Shown here: positions 60,259 to 64,000 of the stretch, piece after piece
Numbering within the stretch: position 1 is the stretch's first letter
Layout of the letters: every line of letters begins with the position of its first letter
Virus record (IMG/VR): IMGVR_UViG_3300027963_000042
Span: 62,001 to 126,000 of that record
DNA: 64,000 nucleotides
DNA from: an uncultured virus (IMG/VR IMGVR_UViG_3300027963_000042)
Taxonomy: Duplodnaviria > Heunggongvirae > Uroviricota > Caudoviricetes
Reading direction: 5' to 3' (one strand)
Translations under genes and position numbers: made by a program
Notes under the pieces: generated by a model
The model's input: only the letters and a program-made list of their open reading frames with translations
The model's database searches: none
What the model was told of the DNA's origin: nothing

Positions 60259-62877
60259 TTATTCATATTTTATTCTATCCTTTGTCTGCTCAACAAATCT
60301 TTTAGCAAGTTCAAAGGCTTCACCATCTGTCACCCTATATTTTCTTGTTTTATCTCCAAAAGCAGCATATCTGTTTTTAAACTTAACCTCTGTAGTATCC
60401 CCCTTATCGTCAAAAAATTCTTTTGCAAAAGTTATTGTTTTCCAATTTTCTATCTTAAGTGCCTCCTTATCCCTTGTGGTTAATATGGTATCAAAGAGAT
60501 TGACACCTCCAGGCAATTGTGTGTCTTTTATAACTGTAGAATTTTTTCTATCCTTAATATCAACGTCTTTGGCATTAGTTTTTATATAATAATCATCCGC
60601 CTTGATATCTACCTCTTTTTCCTTATCCTTATCCTTATCATTATTAGAGTCATCAGCATCTTGAACCTCATCTTTGACAACTGGTTTAATCTCTTCTTTC
60701 TTTTCTACGTAATTATAAAGTCCTCTTTTAGTTTCTTCCAGCATCTCATCGGTATTAGGCTCAATCTCAATTGAATCACCATTTCTAGCCTCCCAGTCGA
60801 TAGGATCTAATAAGAAGTTGGTAAAATCACCCGTCTCATATTTTCCTCTAAGCTTAGGATCTGCATAATCCCTCTCTACAACAATATAGATTGCTATTTC
60901 TGCAGGTCCGCTTTTTTGTTCAGAAGTTAGATCTATCATTTGTGATCCTTTAGAATCCATATCATCCGTTCCTTCTACCGAATTTCCGCTTACTGTTTTA
61001 GTCTGAACGTTTTCGTCTTCTAATACAGGATACCCTTGTTTCTTAAAGTCCGAGAATTTAGTTATTACCTGAGACGATGTATTTAAGTTATCATTAACCT
61101 CTACCTCTACCTTCTCTTCATCCTCAACAGGTTTTTGTTCAGCAGTTTCTATTTTATTTTCAGTCTCTCTTGATAAGGTAACTCCAAAAATCCTATCAAG
61201 ATCAGCAGAAGAATATTTAGATAATTCCTCAGTGGTTACTTTTTTACCAACAACATTTATTATATTATCCTCAGAGTCACTGAAATGAAACTCATACGAT
61301 TCTGGTGCATCCGGATCAGATATCAATAATGTTCCAGACGAATTATCAAACTCGGACTCAAATAATTCCCAATCACATGAACCTTGGTAATTAAACAGAG
61401 CATTAAGATCATTCTCGATAGATAACATTTTAAAATCAAGATCTTCATTATCGAAATAGCCTCTTTCTACCACATCACTATTATCAAATGAGATTAAAGT
61501 TAGATCATACTTTGATATTTGCTTCTGTACTTCTTTCGAGTTGATCTGGCTTAATATGAATACTGATTCGGATCCTGTATCTGCAACCTTTACTATCTCC
61601 ATCGTTGTTCTAGTCTCATTGCTGAATAAGAATGAAACAGCCATTCCCCATCCTCCAGCAGGTTGTGACCAACATACGGTGATGGGCACACCAATCTTTA
61701 TTGATTTTGGATCGAATGATTCTTTAGCAAAATCATCGACGTTTCCTAATCTAGGAGCTTGATTTCCACTATACCAATTCCAAGTTGATCCGACAGCATT
61801 AATAGCTAAAAGTGCCCAACCTATCGGATTTGTCAATTCAGCTGCTTTAACAAGACTTCCTGCGGCTTTAGCTCCAGTAACAAATCCTTTGACCATACCT
61901 AAAGATTTTGCTGCTATACCTGCATTCTGCATTCTGCCCAATGATCTCTGGAGTTTAGCTCCTTCTACCCCGGCCTTTCCTATCTTACTCCAGAATGAAA
62001 CTGCTTTCATTGGATTTACTGCGCTCCAAATTCCCTTTATACCTTTACTGGCTTTAGTAAGCAGGCTAGCTGATTTTACTGCAGTCTTTCCTGTTCTTAG
62101 AAACTTTATTGCTTTCCAACCTCTTCTTAGAACAATTGCACCACCTAAATATTTAAGGCTAGCAAATATTGCGGTTCCTGCTACAGCATAAGTAGCTACT
62201 TTAATACCAGTATTAAGTGCGTCCTTTGCTAAACCAGGTCCAGTAGAATCTTCATCTACTTTTCCAGTTAGTTTTCTGTCACTGATGTCAAACAACATAA
62301 ACTTAGAGTTTTTGTTATTTGTCTCTAGAGGCATCATCTTATAGGCATCTAATGTCTCAATTAGATTAGCCCCAGACTCCTGATCTTCCAGACAAAGAAA
62401 AACAGCTTTTGAATTTCCTGGTGTCTGGCTCTTAACAATAAATTCACTATCCAATTTTCCGTCCGCCTCTAATTTATTATAGGCAAAGTGGAATTTTACA
62501 ACCTTTTCCTCTTCTGACTTAGTATTGGCAGCATCTTCAAATACTGAATTGGAAATGAAATCACCAAATTTAGATACCCTTCCTTCTGGCTGAAATTCAT
62601 TAGATTCCCTTAATGCTTTTTGCATAGAGTAACCGCTGCCTCCTAAAGATTCCCTAATTATCTCAGAAATATCCCCGTAGTTTGGTATTTCTTCGGAATC
62701 AGCAACCCATTCGCTAGGGTTTTTATCCAACCAATTTTTAAAGTCTGATGAGTATGCCCACCACTGAAAGTCTTCGAGTGATTGACTTGTTGCTCCCTCC
62801 ATTTTAATAGGTATAGTAAACATGGGGAAATCGTTTCCTCTAGCATATTTACCGTCTGTTGCTAATAATATTATCAT
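60259..62877 (-). CDS. Large probable head/ejection protein with hydrophobic and amphipathic segments
   Basis: VATYAVAGTAIFASLKYLGGAIVL and NPIGWALLAINAVG; internal KFGDF..VFE and KFSDF..VLE motifs. Confidence 0.55.
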   Translation of the reverse strand: MIILLATDGKYARGNDFPMFTIPIKMEGATSQSLEDFQWWAYSSDFKNWLDKNPSEWVADSEEIPNYGDISEIIRESLGGSGYSMQKALRESNEFQPEGRVSKFGDFISNSVFEDAANTKSEEEKVVKFHFAYNKLEADGKLDSEFIVKSQTPGNSKAVFLCLEDQESGANLIETLDAYKMMPLETNNKNSKFMLFDISDRKLTGKVDEDSTGPGLAKDALNTGIKVATYAVAGTAIFASLKYLGGAIVLRRGWKAIKFLRTGKTAVKSASLLTKASKGIKGIWSAVNPMKAVSFWSKIGKAGVEGAKLQRSLGRMQNAGIAAKSLGMVKGFVTGAKAAGSLVKAAELTNPIGWALLAINAVGSTWNWYSGNQAPRLGNVDDFAKESFDPKSIKIGVPITVCWSQPAGGWGMAVSFLFSNETRTTMEIVKVADTGSESVFILSQINSKEVQKQISKYDLTLISFDNSDVVERGYFDNEDLDFKMLSIENDLNALFNYQGSCDWELFESEFDNSSGTLLISDPDAPESYEFHFSDSEDNIINVVGKKVTTEELSKYSSADLDRIFGVTLSRETENKIETAEQKPVEDEEKVEVEVNDNLNTSSQVITKFSDFKKQGYPVLEDENVQTKTVSGNSVEGTDDMDSKGSQMIDLTSEQKSGPAEIAIYIVVERDYADPKLRGKYETGDFTNFLLDPIDWEARNGDSIEIEPNTDEMLEETKRGLYNYVEKKEEIKPVVKDEVQDADDSNNDKDKDKEKEVDIKADDYYIKTNAKDVDIKDRKNSTVIKDTQLPGGVNLFDTILTTRDKEALKIENWKTITFAKEFFDDKGDTTEVKFKNRYAAFGDKTRKYRVTDGEAFELAKRFVEQTKDRIKYE

Positions 62878-62884
62878 TGTATTT

Positions 62885-63694
62885 TTATTTTTCTGTGTAT
62901 ATTTTATCGTAAGACTCGGAATTTACATCTATTAACTTTTCTATATATCCCTCGTTTCTAAGCTTCTTAAATGTTAAATTCCCTATAGAGAACTCACCAT
63001 CTTTACTTAATCCCTCTTTTCTCATCTTCATAATTTTCTCTTTCAGCTTAGTACTTCTCTTATAAAGCTCTTTTGCATTGTGTGGTAGAACTGAAGAAGC
63101 TACTAGTCTAGTGTGAAGCTGCTCAATCTCGTATGCCATAGCCTCGAATTTTTTATTCACATCCTTCTCGTCTATCTCTGGCGGATCAAATACTGGGTTC
63201 TTTATCCATTCATTATTCATTAGAGAAAATAATCCAGATGCTGTGTGGGGTTCTTTTGCATCCTGTACATATAGCTCAACATCATATCCTCTAATTGATA
63301 TATTATGTCTTAGATTCCAAATGAATCTTATTCCATCTAAAGCTGATTTAAGTATTTGCGGATTGTCGTCATCGACACCTTCGAGGTTAACTATTACATG
63401 AACGTCAAGATCCGATAACCCCGTGTAATTGAAATTGGCTAGTGATCCGGTTAATTGAATATCAACTATATCCTTTTCCTTAAGTATATCATCAAATTTT
63501 TCAAAGAATTCACCTGCTATCCTAAGAAGTTTTTTTCTAACCCTCTGGTCTAATGTCCATTCAATATCATCTCCCTTGGTTTTCTTAGTCCAAAAAATAG
63601 GGTTTAGCTCATCGTGATAGAATGGATTTACCTGTCTCTCTAGTATAGGAGAAGATAAGTTAATGTAATTTTTATAAGATAATACTGAACCCAC
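62885..63694 (-). CDS. Pol-beta superfamily nucleotidyltransferase
   Basis: LTGSLANFNYTGLSDLDVHV (GS..DxD) plus a third acidic residue in YDVELYVQD; GTG start. Confidence 0.8.
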   Translation of the reverse strand: MGSVLSYKNYINLSSPILERQVNPFYHDELNPIFWTKKTKGDDIEWTLDQRVRKKLLRIAGEFFEKFDDILKEKDIVDIQLTGSLANFNYTGLSDLDVHVIVNLEGVDDDNPQILKSALDGIRFIWNLRHNISIRGYDVELYVQDAKEPHTASGLFSLMNNEWIKNPVFDPPEIDEKDVNKKFEAMAYEIEQLHTRLVASSVLPHNAKELYKRSTKLKEKIMKMRKEGLSKDGEFSIGNLTFKKLRNEGYIEKLIDVNSESYDKIYTEK

Positions 63695-63699
63695 AAAAA

Positions 63700-63733
63700 A
63701 AAGCTTTTCTTGTATATATCAAAGAAAAGCTTT
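63700..63733 (-). terminator. 12-bp hairpin followed by a T run, with GATATATA (63713-63720) in the loop
   Basis: AAAGCTTTTCTT-GTATATATCA-AAGAAAAGCTTT; T tract on the minus strand runs up to the GTG start. Confidence 0.65.
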
Positions 63734-63756
63734 AGATGTTATTATAAACTGAATAT

Positions 63757-64000
63757 TTAGCTAGGGAAGCATACCTTTAGCATAACTTCCATTACTGTAC
63801 TAACATCGAGTTCACAGTACGTTTTAATGTTTTCATAGTCTTTATCAACCCAGAATGAATCATTTACTTTGGACCCGTCCATTATTCCCTTAGGTGATTC
63901 TATACCAAGAGAACAAGAAAGAAGATCAAGGCTTAAGTATTTTTGATGTGTCCAGCTACCGAAAGCAAACACGTCTGATGTATCAACATACGGAATCTCC
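63757..64000 (-). CDS. 3' end of a PolB-related 3'-5' exonuclease (partial)
   Basis: ...EIPYVDTSDVFAFG...SLDLLSCSLGIESPK..MDGSKV...YCELDV (ExoIII YC..DV); frame is open to the window end. Confidence 0.75.
   Translation of the reverse strand, partial: EIPYVDTSDVFAFGSWTHQKYLSLDLLSCSLGIESPKGIMDGSKVNDSFWVDKDYENIKTYCELDVSTVMEVMLKVCFPS

Noticed and set aside
4462..62191. Short plus-strand and nested ORFs in the track (e.g. 6290, 42234, 44711, 49202, 60182, 61889)
   Set aside because: They are antisense shadows of long, motif-bearing minus-strand genes and have no recognisable motifs or promoters.
60259..62877. Tape measure protein (NPIGW motif)
   Set aside because: Only about 150 aa are helical/hydrophobic, the rest is acidic and globular, and the gene sits in the head module.
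62942..62949. GATATATA inside the nucleotidyltransferase 3' end
   Set aside because: It is 64 nt from the next start, outside the 16-32 nt range of the others, and explained by the G-Y-I codons; it cannot be excluded but is not called.
1..64000. Stop-codon reassignment as in some large phages
   Set aside because: Standard-code ORFs tile the window densely, and TAA, TGA (349, 3858, 24679) and TAG (49448) all end genes at sensible boundaries.

Overview
A 64 kb AT-rich segment of a large (jumbo-type) T4-like myophage, read in the standard genetic code. Almost all genes lie on the minus strand. Reading from the window end toward the start: a partial 3'-5' exonuclease, a Pol-beta-type nucleotidyltransferase, a putative membrane-active head protein, a prohead protease fused to a 14-aa-repeat scaffold, a gp23-like major capsid protein, a cluster of probable internal head proteins, a dNMP kinase + AsnB-like amidotransferase pair, a Nudix hydrolase, baseplate/tube-initiator genes (gp48/54-, gp53-, gp27-, gp5-like), a ribosomal protein S1-like gene coupled to an amidoligase-like gene and a neck gene, gp25/gp6-like wedge genes, large PKD/beta-propeller virion proteins, an inverted phoH, and three paralogous collagen-containing fibres. 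Several features point to a Bacteroidota host: no Shine-Dalgarno sequences, a TAnnTTTG promoter, a Bacteroidota-like S1 N-terminus, and PKD/propeller domains. The most notable signals are: (1) about 10 proteins carrying T4-like capsid-targeting leaders and protease sites, including an enzyme and amphipathic or peptidoglycan-binding proteins; (2) a G-x-T-[G/A/S] motif spread across the exterior virion proteins; (3) a late-expressed 4-domain S1 + amidoligase operon; (4) a GATATATA late-promoter motif; (5) a host-promoter-driven kinase/amidotransferase cassette. All product calls come from motif recognition by eye; no database search was run. I saw no tRNA, CRISPR array, portal, terminase, sheath or obvious tape measure gene.
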